Below, piece after piece: positions 11,750-25,800 of a DNA stretch of 64,000 nt (the first letter of the stretch is position 1; each line of letters starts with the position of its first letter). The position numbers and the translations under genes were made by a program. The notes under the pieces are model-generated. The model saw nothing but the letters and a program-made list of their open reading frames with translations. It searched no databases and had not been told where the DNA came from. Source of the stretch: Eledone cirrhosa (taxonomy: Eukaryota); contig OZ024741.1 in assembly GCA_964016885.1 (NCBI GenBank), positions 25,110,001 to 25,174,000 of the forward strand. The letters are read 5' to 3'.

Positions 11750-14700
11750 TATTAGAAATATGATAATGAAAGGATTACACAACATAGACAGTGCCTTTTA
11801 TTAGATATAGGGTAATGAAAGTGTTAAACAACATAGACAGTGTTTTTTATTAGAAATATGGTAATGAAAGGGTTAAACAACATAGACAGTGTCTTTTATT
11901 AGAAATATGGTAATGAAAGGATTACACAACATAGACAGTATCTTTTATTAGAAATATGGTAATGAAAGGGTTAAACAACATAGACAGTGTCTTTTATTAG
12001 AAATATGGTAATGAAAGGGTTAAACAACATAGACAGTGTGTTCTATTAGAAATATGGTAATGAAAGGGTTAAACAACATAGACAGTGTCTTTTATTAGAT
12101 ATAGGGTAATGAAAGTGTTAAACAACATAGACAGTGTCTTTTATTAGAAATATGGTAATGAAAGTGTTAAACAACATAGGCAGTGTCTTTTATTAGAAAT
12201 ATGATAATGAAAGGGTTAAACAACATAGACAGTATCTTTTATTAGAAATATGGTAATGAAAGGGTTAAACAACATAGACAGTGTCTTTTATTAGAAATAT
12301 GGTAATGAAAGGGTTAAACAACATAGATAGTGTCTTTTATTAGAAATATGGTAATGAAAGGGTTAAACAACATAGACAGTGTCTTTTATTAGAAATATGG
12401 TAATGAAAGGGTTAAACAACATAGATAGTGTCTTTTATTAGAAATATAGTAATGAAAGGGTTAAACAACATAGACAGTGTCTTTTATTAGAAATAGGGTA
12501 ATGAAAGGGTTAAACAACATAGACAGTGTCTTTTATTAGAAATATGGTAATGAAAGGGTTAAACAACATAGTGAGCGTCTTTTATTAGAAATATGATAAT
12601 GAAAGGGTTAAACAACATAGACAGTGTCTTTTATTAGAAATAGGGTAATGAAAGGGTTAAACAACATAGACAGGGTTTTTTATTAGAAATATGATAATGA
12701 AAGGGTTAAACAACATAGACAGTGTCTTTTATTAGAAATATGGTAATGAAAGGATTAAACAACATAGACAGTGTCTTTTATTAGAAATATGGTAATGAAA
12801 GGGTTAAACAACATAGACAGTGTCTTTTATTAGAAATATGGTAATGAAAGGTTTAAACAACATAGACAGTGTCTTTTATTAGAAATATGGTAATGAAAGG
12901 GTTAAACAACATAGACAGTGTCTTTTATTAGAAATATGATAATAAAAGGGTTAAACAACATAGACAGTGTCTTTTATTAGAAATATGATAATAAAAGGGT
13001 TAAACAACATAGACAGTGTCTTTTATTAGAAATAGGGTAATGAAAGGGTTAAACAACATAGTGTCTTTTATTAGAAATAGGGTAATGAAAGGGCTAAACA
13101 ACATAGAGAGGGTTTTTTATTAGAAATATGATAATGAAAGGGTTAAACAACATAGACAGTGTCTTTTATTAGAAATATGGTAATGAAAGGGTTAAACAAC
13201 ATAGACAGGGTTTTTTATTAGAAATATGGTAATGAAAGGGTTAAACAACAAATATGGTAATGAAAAGGTTAAACAACATAGACAGTGTTTTTTATTAGAA
13301 ATATGATAATGAAAGGGTTAAACAACATAGACAGTGTCTGTTATTAGAAATATGGTAATGAAAGGGTTAAACAACATAGACAGTGTTTTATTAGATATAT
13401 GGTAATGAAAGGGTTAAACAACATAGACAGTGTGTTTTATTAGAAATATGGTAATGAAAGGGTTAAACAACATAGACAGTGTCTTTTATTAGAAATATGG
13501 TAATGAAAGGTTTAAACAACATAGACAGTGTCTTTTATTAGAAATATGGTAATGAAAGGGTTAAACAACATAGACAGTGTCTTTTATTAGAAATATGATA
13601 ATAAAAGGGTTAAACAACATAGACAGTGTCTTTTATTAGAAATATGATAATAAAAGGGTTAAACAACATAGACAGTGTCTTTTATTAGAAATAGGGTAAT
13701 GAAAGGGTTAAACAACATAGTGTCTTTTATTAGAAATAGGGTAATGAAAGGGCTAAACAACATAGAGAGGGTTTTTTATTAGAAATATGATAATGAAAGG
13801 GTTAAACAACATAGACAGTGTCTTTTATTAGAAATATGGTAATGAAAGGGTTAAACAACATAGACAGGGTTTTTTATTAGAAATATGGTAATGAAAGGGT
13901 TAAACAACAAATATGGTAATGAAAAGGTTAAACAACATAGACAGTGTCTTTTATTAGAAATATGATAATGAAAGGGTTAAACAACATAGACAGTGTCTGT
14001 TATTAGAAATATGGTAATGAAAGGGTTAAACAACATAGACAGTGTTTTATTAGATATATGGTAATGAAAGGGTTAAACAACATAGACAGTGTGTTTTATT
14101 AGAAATATGGTAATGAAAGGGTTAAACAACATAGACAGTGTCTTTTATTAGAAATATGGTAATGAAAGGGTTAAACAACATAGACAGTGTCTTTTATTAG
14201 AAATATGGTAATGAAAGTGTTAAACAACATAGACAGTGTCTTTTATTAGAAATATGATAATGAAAGGGTTAAACAACATAGATAGTGTCTTTTATTAGAA
14301 ATATGGTAATGAAAGGGTTAAACAACATAGATAGTATCTTTTATTAGAAATATGGTAATGAAAGGGTTAAACAACATAGACAGTATCTTTTATTAGAAAT
14401 ATGGTAATGAAAGGGTTAAACAACATAGACAGTGTCTTTTATTAGAAATATGGTAATGAAAGGGTTAAACAACATAGACAGTATCTTTTATTAGAAATAT
14501 GGTAATGAAAGGGTTAAACAACATAGACAGTGTCTTTTATTAGAAATATGGTAATGAAAGGGTTAAACAACATAGATAGTATCTTTTATTAGAAATATGG
14601 TAATGAAAGGTTTAAACAACATAGATAGTGTCTTTTATTAGAAATATGGTAATGAAAGGGTTAAACAACATAGACAGTGTCTTTTATTAGAAATATGGTA

Positions 14701-17700
14701 ATGAAAGGGTTAAACAACATAGATAGTGTCTTTTATTAGAAATATAGTAATGAAAGGGTTAACCAACATAGACAGTGTCTTTTATTAGAAATATGGTAAT
14801 GAAAGGGTTAAACAACATAGACAGTGTCTTTTATTAGAAATATGGTAATGAAAGGGTTAAACAACATAGACAGTGTCTTTTATTAGAAATAGGGTAATGA
14901 AAGGGTTAAACAACATAGACAGTGTCTTTTATTAGAAATATGGTAATGAAAGGGTTAAACAACATAGACAGTGTCTTTTATTAGAAATATGATAATGAAA
15001 GGGTTAAACAACATAGACAGTGTCTTTTATTAGAAATATGGTAATGAAAGGGTTAAACAACATAGACAGTGTCTTTTATTAGAAATATGGTAATGAAAGG
15101 GTTAAACAACATAGACAGTGTCTTTTATTAGAAATATGGTAATGAAAGGGTTAAACAACATAGACAGTGTCTTTTATTAGAAATATAGTAATGAAAGGGT
15201 TAAACAACATAGATAGTGTCTTTTATTAGAAATATGGTAATGAAAGGGTTAAACAACATAGACAGTGTCTTTTATTAGAAATATGGTAATGAAAGGGTTA
15301 AACAACATAGACAGTGTCTTTTATTAGAAATATGGTAATGAAAGGGTTAAACAACATAGACAGTGTCTTTTATTAGAAATATGGTAATGAAAGGGTTAAA
15401 CAACATAGACAGTGTCTTTTATTAGAAATATGGTAATGAAAGGGTTAAACAACATAGACAGTGTCTTTTATTAGAAATATGGTAATGAAAGGGTTAAACA
15501 ACATGGATAGTGTCTTTTATTAGAAATATAATGAAAGGATTACACAACATAGACAGTGTCTTTTATTAGATATAGGGTAATGAAAGTGTTAAACAACATA
15601 GACAGTGTTTTTTATTAGAAATATGGTAATGAAAGGGTTAAACAACATAGACAGTGTGTTCTATTAGAAATATGGTAATGAAAGGGTTAAACAACATAGA
15701 CAGTGTCTTTTATTAGATATAGGGTAATGAAAGTGTTAAACAACATAGACAGTGTCTTTTATTAGAAATATGGTAATGAAAGTGTTAAACAACATAGGCA
15801 GTGTCTTTTATTAGAAATATGATAATGAAAGGGTTAAACAACATAGACAGTATCTTTTATTAGAAATATGGTAATGAAAGGGTTAAACAACATAGACAGT
15901 GTCTTTTATTAGAAATATGGTAATGAAAGGGTTAAACAACATAGATAGTGTCTTTTATTAGAAATATGGTAATGAAAGGGTTAAACAACATAGACAGTGT
16001 CTTTTATTAGAAATATGGTAATGAAAGGGTTAAACAACATAGATAGTGTCTTTTATTAGAAATATAGTAATGAAAGGGTTAAACAACATAGACAGTGTCT
16101 TTTATTAGAAATATGGTAATGAAAGGGTTAAACAACATAGATAGTGTCTTTTATTAGAAATATGGTAATGAAAGGGTTAAACAACATAGACAGTGTCTTT
16201 TATTAGAAATAGGGTAATGAAAGGGTTAAACAACATAGATAGTGTCTTTTATTAGAAATATGGTAATGAAAGGGTTAAACAACATAGTCAGCGTCTTTTA
16301 TTAGAAATATGATAATGAAAGGGTTAAACAACATAGACAGTGTCTTTTATTAGAAATAGGGTAATGAAAGGGTTAAACAACATAGACAGGGTTTTTTATT
16401 AGAAATATGATAATGAAAGGGTTAAACAACATAGACAGTGTCTTTTATTAGAAATATGGTAATGAAAGGATTAAACAACATAGACAGTGTCTTTTATTAG
16501 AAATATGGTAATGAAAGGGTTAAACAACATAGACAGTGTCTTTTATTAGAAATATGGTAATGAAAGGTTTAAACAACATAGACAGTGTCTTTTATTAGAA
16601 ATATGGTAATGAAAGGGTTAAACAACATAGATAGTGTCTTTTATTAGAAATATGGTAATGAAAGGGTTAAACAACATACACAGTGTCTTTTATTAGAAAT
16701 ATGATAATAAAAGGGTTAAACAACATAGACAGTGTCTTTTATTAGAAATAGGGTAATGAAAGGGTTAAACAACATAGTGTCTTTTATTAGAAATAGGGTA
16801 ATGAAAGGGCTAAACAACATAGACAGGGTTTTTTTATTAGAAATATGATAATGAAAGGGTTAAACAACATAGACAGTGTCTTTTATTAGAAATATGGTAA
16901 TGAAAGGGTTAAACAACATAGACAGGGTTTTTTATTAGAAATATGGTAATGAAAGGGTTAAACAACATAGACAGTGTTTTATTAGATATATGGTAATGAA
17001 AGGGTTAAACAACATAGACAGTGTGTTTTATTAGAAATATGGTAATGAAAGGGTTAAACAACATAGACAGTGTCTTTTATTAGAAATATGGTAATGAAAG
17101 GTTTAAACAACATAGACAGTGTCTTTTATTAGAAATATGGTAATGAAAGGGTTAAACAACATAGACAGTGTCTTTTATTAGATATATGATAATAAAAGGG
17201 TTAAACAACATAGACAGTGTCTTTTATTAGAAATATGATAATAAAAGGGTTAAACAACATAGACAGTGTCTTTTATTAGAAATAGGGTAATGAAAGGGTT
17301 AAACAACATAGTGTCTTTTATTAGAAATAGGGTAATGAAAGGGCTAAACAACATAGAGAGGGTTTTTTATTAGAAATATGATAATGAAAGGGTTAAACAA
17401 CATAGACAGTGTCTTTTATTAGAAATATGGTAATGAAAGGGTTAAACAACATAGACAGGGTTTTTTATTAGAAATATGGTAATGAAAGGGTTAAACAACA
17501 AATATGGTAATGAAAAGGTTAAACAACATAGACAGTGTCTTTTATTAGAAATATGATAATGAAAGGGTTAAACAACATAGACAGTGTCTGTTATTAGAAA
17601 TATGGTAATGAAAGGGTTAAACAACATAGACAGTGTTTTATTAGATATATGGTAATGAAAGGGTTAAACAACATAGACAGTGTGTTTTATTAGAAATATG

Positions 17701-19170
17701 GTAATGAAAGGGTTAAACAACATAGACAGTGTCTTTTATTAGAAATATGGTAATGAAAGGGTTAAACAACATAGACAGTGTCTTTTATTAGAAATATGGT
17801 AATGAAAGTGTTAAACAACATAGACAGTGTCTTTTATTAGAAATATGATAATGAAAGGGTTAAACAACATAGATAGTGTCTTTTATTAGAAATATGGTAA
17901 TGAAAGGGTTAAACAACATAGATAGTATCTTTTATTAGAAATATGGTAATGAAAGGGTTAAACAACATAGACAGTATCTTTTATTAGAAATATGGTAATG
18001 AAAGGGTTAAACAACATAGACAGTGTCTTTTATTAGAAATATGGTAATGAAAGGGTTAAACAACATAGACAGTATCTTTTATTAGAAATATGGTAATGAA
18101 AGGGTTAAACAACATAGACAGTGTCTTTTATTAGAAATATGGTAATGAAAGCGTTAAACAACATAGATAGTATCTTTTATTAGAAATATGGTAATGAAAG
18201 GTTTAAACAACATAGATAGTGTCTTTTATTAGAAATATGGTAATGAAAGGGTTAAACAACATAGACAGTGTCTTTTATTAGAAATATGGTAATGAAAGGG
18301 TTAAACAACATAGATAGTGTCTTTTATTAGAAATATAGTAATGAAAGGGTTAACCAACATAGACAGTGTCTTTTATTAGAAATATGGTAATGAAAGGGTT
18401 AAACAACATAGACAGTGTCTTTTATTAGAAATATGGTAATGAAAGGGTTAAACAACATAGACAGTGTCTTTTATTAGAAATAGGGTAATGAAAGGGTTAA
18501 ACAACATAGACAGTGTCTTTTATTAGAAATATGGTAATGAAAGGGTTAAACAACATAGACAGTGTCTTTTATTAGAAATATGATAATGAAAGGGTTAAAC
18601 AACATAGACAGTGTCTTTTATTAGAAATATGGTAATGAAAGGGTTAAACAACATAGACAGTGTCTTTTATTAGAAATATGGTAATGAAAGGGTTAAACAA
18701 CATAGACAGTGTCTTTTATTAGAAATATGGTAATGAAAGGGTTAAACAACATAGACAGTGTCTTTTATTAGAAATATAGTAATGAAAGGGTTAAACAACA
18801 TAGATAGTGTCTTTTATTAGAAATATGGTAATGAAAGGGTTAAACAACATAGACAGTGTCTTTTATTAGAAATATGGTAATGAAAGGGTTAAACAACATA
18901 GACAGTGTCTTTTATTAGAAATATGGTAATGAAAGGGTTAAACAACATAGACAGTGTCTTTTATTAGAAATATGGTAATGAAAGGGTTAAACAACATAGA
19001 CAGTGTCTTTTATTAGAAATATGGTAATGAAAGGGTTAAACAACATGGATAGTGTCTTTTATTAGAAATATAATGAAAGGATTACACAACATAGACAGTG
19101 TCTTTTATTAGATATAGGGTAATGAAAGTGTTAAACAACATAGACAGTGTTTTTTATTAGAAATACGGTA
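11750..19170. repeat. Imperfect ~3.6-kb tandem duplication
   Basis: GGGCTAAAC 13753/17344 and TAACCAAC 14763/18354 pair at +3591. CATGGATAG 15505/19047 pairs at +3542 (one monomer fewer). CATAGGCAG 12180/15798 pairs at +3618. Confidence 0.85.
12790..14110. repeat. 659-bp tandem duplication (14 monomers: 11x49 + 47 + 45 + 28)
   Basis: GGGCTAAAC/AGAGAGGG marker at 13094 and 13753. AAGGTTTAAA at 12852 and 13511. Confidence 0.9.
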
Positions 19171-22100
19171 ATGAAAGGGTTAAACAACATAGACAGTGTC
19201 TTTTATTAGAAATATGGTAATGAAAGGGTTAAACAACATAGATAGTGTCTTTTATTAGAAATATGGTAATGAAAGGGTTAAACAACATAGACAGTGTCTT
19301 TTATTAGAAATATGATAATAAAAGGGTTAAACAACATAGACAGTGTCTTTTATTAGAAATAGGGTAATGAAAGGGTTAAACAACATAGTGTCTTTTATTA
19401 GAAATAGGGTAATGAAAGGGCTAAACAACATAGACAGGGTTTTTTTATTAGAAATATGATAATGAAAGGGTTAAACAACATAGACAGTGTCTTTTATTAG
19501 AAATATGGTAATGAAAGGGTTAAACAACATAGACAGGGTTTTTTATTAGAAATATGGTAATGAAAGGGTTAAACAACAAATATGGTAATGAAAAGGTTAA
19601 ACAACATAGACAGTGTCTTTTATTAGAAATATGATAATGAAAGGGTTAAACAACATAGACAGTGTCTGTTATTAGAAATATGGTAATGAAAGGGTCAAAC
19701 AACATAGACAGTGTCTTTTATTAGAAATATGGTAATGAAAGGGTTAAACAACATAGAGAGTATCTTTTATTAGAAATATGGTAATGAAAGGGTTAAACAA
19801 CATAGACAGTATCTTTTATTAGAAATATGGTAATGAAAGGGTTAAACAACATAGACAGTGCCTTTTATTAGAAATATGGTAATGAAAGGGTTAAACAACA
19901 TAGACAGTATCTTTTATTAGAAATATGGTAATGAAAGGGTTAAACAACATAGACAGTGTCTTTTATTAGAAATATGGTAATGAAAGGGTTAAACAACATA
20001 GACAGTGTCTTTTATTAGAAATATGATAATGAAAGGGTTAAACAACATAGACAGTGTCTTTTATTAGAAATAGGGTAATGAAAGGGTTAAACAACATAGA
20101 CAGGGTTTTTTATTAGAAATATGATAATGAAAGGGTTAAACAACATAGACAGTGTCTTTTATTAGAAATATGGTAATGAAAGGATTAAACAACATAGACA
20201 GTGTCTTTTATTAGAAATATGGTAATGAAAGGGTTAAACAACATAGACAGTGTCTTTTATTAGAAATATGGTAATGAAAGGGTTAAACAACATAGATAGT
20301 GTCTTTTATTAGAAATATGGTAATGAAAGGGTTAAACAACATAGACAGTGTCTTTTATTAGAAATATGATAATAAAAGGGTTAAACAACATAGACAGTGT
20401 CTTTTATTAGAAATAGGGTAATGAAAGGGTTAAACAACATAGTGTCTTCTATTAGAAATATGATAATGAAAGGGTTAAACAACATAGACAGTGTCTGTTA
20501 TTAGAAATATGGTAATGAAAGGGTTAAACAACATAGACAGTGTGTTTTATTAGATATATGGTAATGAAAGGGTTAAACAACATAGACAGTGTGTTTTACT
20601 AGAAATATGGTAATGAACGGGTTAAACAACATAGACAGTATCTTTTATTAGAAATATGGTAATGAAAGGTTCAACAACATAGACAGTGTCTTTTATTAGA
20701 AATATGGTAATGAAAGGGTTAAACAACATAGACAGTGTCTTTTATTAGAAATATGGTAATGAAAGGGTTAAACAACATAGACAGTGTCTTTTATTAGAAA
20801 TATGGTAATGAAAGAGTTAAACAACATAGACAGTGTCTTTTATTAGAAATATGGTAATGAAAGGGTTAAACAACATAGACAGTGTCTTTTATTAGAAGTA
20901 TGGTAATGAAAGGCTTAAACAACATAGTCAGTGTCTTTTATTAGAAATATGGTAATGAAAGAGTTAAACAACATAGACAGTGTCTTTTATTAGAAATATG
21001 GTAATGAAAGGGTTAAACAACAAATATGGTAATGAAAAGGTTAAACAACATAGACAGTGTCTTTTATTAGAAATATGATAATGAAAGGGTTAAACAACAT
21101 AGACAGTGTCTTTTATTAGAAATATGGTCATGAAAGTGTTAAACAACATAGACAGTGTCTTTTATGAGAAATATGGTAATGAAAGGCTTAAACAACATAG
21201 TCAGTGTCTTTTATTAGAAATATGGTAATGAAAGAGTTAAACAACATAGACAGTGTCTTTTATTAGAAATATGGTAATGAAAGGGTTAAACAACAAATAT
21301 GGTAATGAAAAGGTTAAACAACATAGACAGTGTCTTTTATTAGAAATATGGTAATGAAAGGGTTAAACAACATAGACAGTGTCTTTTATTAGAAATATGA
21401 TAATGAAAGGGTTAAACAACATAGACAGTGTGTTTTATTAGAAATATGGTAATGAAAGGGTTAAACAACATAGATAGTGTCTTTTATTAGAAATATGGTA
21501 ATGAAAGGGTTAAACAACATAGACAGTATCTTTTATTAGAAATGTGGTAATGAAAGAGTTAAACAACATAGACAGTGTCTTTTATTAGAAATATGGTAAT
21601 GAATGTGTTAAACAACATAGACAGTGTCTTTGATTAGAAATATGGTAATGAAAGGGTTAAACAACAAATATGGTAATGAAAAGGTTTTAACAACATAGAC
21701 AGTGTCTTTTATTAGAAATATGATAATGAAAGGGTTAAACAACATAGACAGTGTCTTTTATTAGAAATATGGTAATGAAAGGGTTAAACAACATAGACAG
21801 TGTCTTTTATTAGAAATATGATAATGAAAGGGTTAAACAACATAGACAGTGTCTTTTATTAGAAATATGGTAATGAAAGGGTTAAACAACAAATATGGTA
21901 ATGAAAAGGTTAAACAACATAGACAGTGTCTTTTATTAGAAATATGGTAATGAAAGGGTTAAACAACATAGACAGTGTCTTTTATTAGAAATATGATAAT
22001 GAAAGGGTTAAACAACATAGACAGTGTCTTTTATTAGAAATTGGGTAATGAAAGCGTTAAACAACATAGACAGGGTTTTTTATTAGAAATATGATAATGA

Positions 22101-22899
22101 AAGGGTTAAACAACATAGACAGTGTCTTTTATTAGAAATATGGTAATGAAAGGGTTAAACAACATAGACAGTGTCTTTTATTAGAAATATGGTAATGAAA
22201 GGGTTAAACAACATAGACAGTGTCTTTTATTAGAAATATGGTAATGAAAGGGTTAAACAACATAGATAGTGTCTTTTATTAGAAATATGGTAATGAAAGG
22301 GTTAAACAACATAGACAGTGTCTTTTATTAGAAATATGATAATGAAAGGGTTAAACAACATAGACAGTGTCTTTTATTAGAAATAGGGTAATGAAAGGGT
22401 TAAACAACATAGTGTCTTCTATTAGAAATATGATAATGAAAGGGTTAAACAACATAGACAGTGTCTTTTATTAGAAATATGGTAATGAAAGGGTTAAACA
22501 ACATAGACAGGGTTTTTTATTAGAATTATGGTAATGAAAGGGTTAAACAACAAATATGGTAATGAAAAGGTTAAACAACATAGACAGTGTCTTTTATTAG
22601 AAATATGATAATGAAAGGGTTAAACAACATAGACAGTGTCTTTTATTAGAAATATGATAATAAAAGGGTTAAACAACATAGACAGTGTCTTTTATTAGAA
22701 ATAGGGTAATGAAAGGGTTAAACAACATAGTGTCTTCTATTAGAAATATGATAATGAAAGGGTTAAACAACATAGACTGTGTCATTTATCAGAAATATGA
22801 TAATGAAAGGGTTAAACAACATAGACAGTGTCTTTTATTAGAAATATGGTAATGAAAGGGTTAAACAACATAGACAGGGTTTTTTATTAGAAATATGGT

Positions 22900-25800
22900 A
22901 ATGAAAGGGTTAAACAACATAGACAGGGTTTTTTATTAGAAATATGGTAATGAAAGGGTTAAACAACAAATATGGTAATGAAAAGGTTCAACAACATAGA
23001 CAGTGTCTTTTATCAGAAATATGATAATGAAAGGGTTAAACAACATAGACAGTGTCTGTTATTAGAAATATGGTAATGAAAGTGTTAAACAACATAGACA
23101 GTGTGTTTTATTAGATATGTGGTAATGAAAGGTTTAAACAACATAGACAGTGTGTTTTACTAGAAATATGGTAATGAAAGGGTTAAACAACATAGACAGT
23201 ATCTTTTATTAGAAATATGGTAATGAAAGGTTCAACAACATAGACAGTGTCTTTTATTAGAAATATGGTAATGAAAGGGTTAAACAACATAGACAGTGTC
23301 TTTTATTAGAAATATGGTAATGAAAGGGTTAAACAACATAGACAGTGTCTTTTATTAGAAATATGGTAATGAAAGAGTTAAACAACATAGACAGTGTCTT
23401 TTATTAGAAATATGGTAATGAAAGGGTTAAACAACATAGACAGTGTCTTTTATTACAAATATGGTAATGAAAGGCTTAAACAACATAGTCAGTGTCTTTT
23501 ATTAGAAATATGGTAATGAAAGAGTTAAACAACATAGACAGTGTCTTTTATTAGAAATATGGTAATGAAAGGGTTAAACAACAAATATGGTAATGAAAAG
23601 GTTAAACAACATAGACAGTGTCTTTTATTAGAAATATGATAATGAAAGGGTTAAACAACATAGACAGTGTCTTTTATTAGAAATATGGTCATGAAAGTGT
23701 TAAACAACATAGACAGTGTCTTTTATTAGAAATATGGTAATGAAAGGCTTAAACAACATAGTCAGTGTCTTTTATTAGAAATATGGTAATGAAAGAGTTA
23801 AACAACATAGACAGTGTCTTTTATTAGAAATATGGTAATGAAAGGGTTAAACAACAAATATGGTAATGAAAAGGTTAAACAACATAGACAGTGTCTTTTA
23901 TTAGAAATATGGTAATGAAAGGGTTAAACAACATAGACAGTGTCTTTTATTAGAAATATGATAATGAAAGGGTTAAACAACATAGACAGTGTGTTTTATT
24001 AGAAATATGGTAATGAAAGGGTTAAACAACATAGATAGTGTCTTTTATTAGAAATATGGTAATGAAAGGGTTAAACAACATAGACAGTATCTTTTATTCG
24101 AAATGTGGTAATGAAAGAGTTAAACAACATAGACAGTGTCTTTTATTAGAAATATGGTAATGAAAGGGTTAAACAACAAATATCGTAATGAAAAGGTTAA
24201 ACAACATAGACAGTGTCTTTTATTAGAAATATGGTAATGAAAGGGTTAAACAACATAGACAGTGTCTTTTATTAGAAATAAGATAATGAAAGGCTTAAAC
24301 AACATAGTCAGTGTATTTTATTAGAAATATGGTAATGAAAGAGTTAAACAAAATAGACAGTGTCTTTTATTAGAAATATGGTAATGAAAGGGTTAAACAA
24401 CAAATATGGTAATGAAAAGGTTAAACAACATAGACAGTGTCTTTTATTAGAAATATGGTAATGAAAGGGTTAAACAACATAGACAGTGTCTTTTATTAGA
24501 AATATGATAATGAAAGGGTTAAACAACATAGACAGTGTCTTTTATTAGAAATAGGGTAATGAAAGCGTTAAACAACATAGACAGTATCTTTTATTAGAAA
24601 TATGGTAATGAAAGGTTCAACAACATAGACAGTGTCTTTTATTAGAAATATGGTAATGAAAGGGTTAAACAACATAGACAGTGTCTTTTATTAGAAATAT
24701 TGTAATGAAAGGGTTAAACAACATAGACAGTGTCTTTTATTAGAAATATGGTAATGAAAGAGTTAAACAACATAGACAGTGTCTTTTATTAGAAATATGG
24801 TAATGAAAGTGTTAAACAACATAGACAGTGTCTTTTATTAGAAATATGGTAATGAAAGGCTTAAACAACATAGACAGTGTCTTTTATTAGAAATATGGTA
24901 ATGAAAGGGTTAAACAACATAGACAGTGTCTTTTATTAGAAATATGGTAATGAAAGAGTTAAACAACATAGACAGTGTCTTTTATTAGAAATATGGTAAT
25001 GAAAGAGTTAAACAACATAGACAGTGTCTTTTATTAGAAATATGGTAATGAAAGGGTTAAACAACATAGTCAGTGTCTTTTATTAGAAATATGGTAATGA
25101 AAGAGTTAAACAAAATAAACAGTGTCTTTTATTAGAAATATGGTCATGAAAGTGTTAAACAACATAGACAGTGTCTTTTATTAGAAATATGGTAATGAAA
25201 GGCTTAAACAACATAGTCAGTGTCTTTTATTAGAAATATGGTAATGAAAGAGTTAAACAACATAGACAGTGTCTTTTATTAGAAATATGGTAATGAAAGG
25301 GTTAAACAACAAATATGGTAATGAAAAGGTTAAACAACATAGACAGTGTCTTTTATTAGAAATATGGTAATGAAAGGGTTAAACAACATAGACAGTCTCT
25401 TTTATTAGAAATATGATAATGAAAGGGTTAAACAACATAGACAGTGTGTTTTATTAGAAATATGGTAATGAAAGGGTTAAACAACATAGATAGTGTCTCT
25501 TATTAGAAATATGGTAATGAAAGGGTTAAACAACATAGACAGTATCTTTTATTAGAAATGTGGTAATGAAAGAGTTAAACAACATAGACAGCGTCTTTTA
25601 TTAGAAATATGGTAATGAAAGGGTTAAACAACAAATATGGTAATGAAAAGGTTAAACAACATAGACAGTGTCTTTTATTAGAAATATGGTAATGAAAGGG
25701 TTAAACAACATAGACAGTGTCTTTTATTAGAAATAAGATAATGAAAGGCTTAAACAACATAGTCAGTGTCTTTTATTAGAAATATGGTAATGAAAGAGTT

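Noticed and set aside
16679-16685. RAG/Transib recombination-signal heptamer CACAGTG
   Set aside because: The consensus has GACAGTG, lacking the essential CAC. The exact heptamer arises only as a rare variant, and there is no ACAAAAACC nonamer at 12 or 23 bp.
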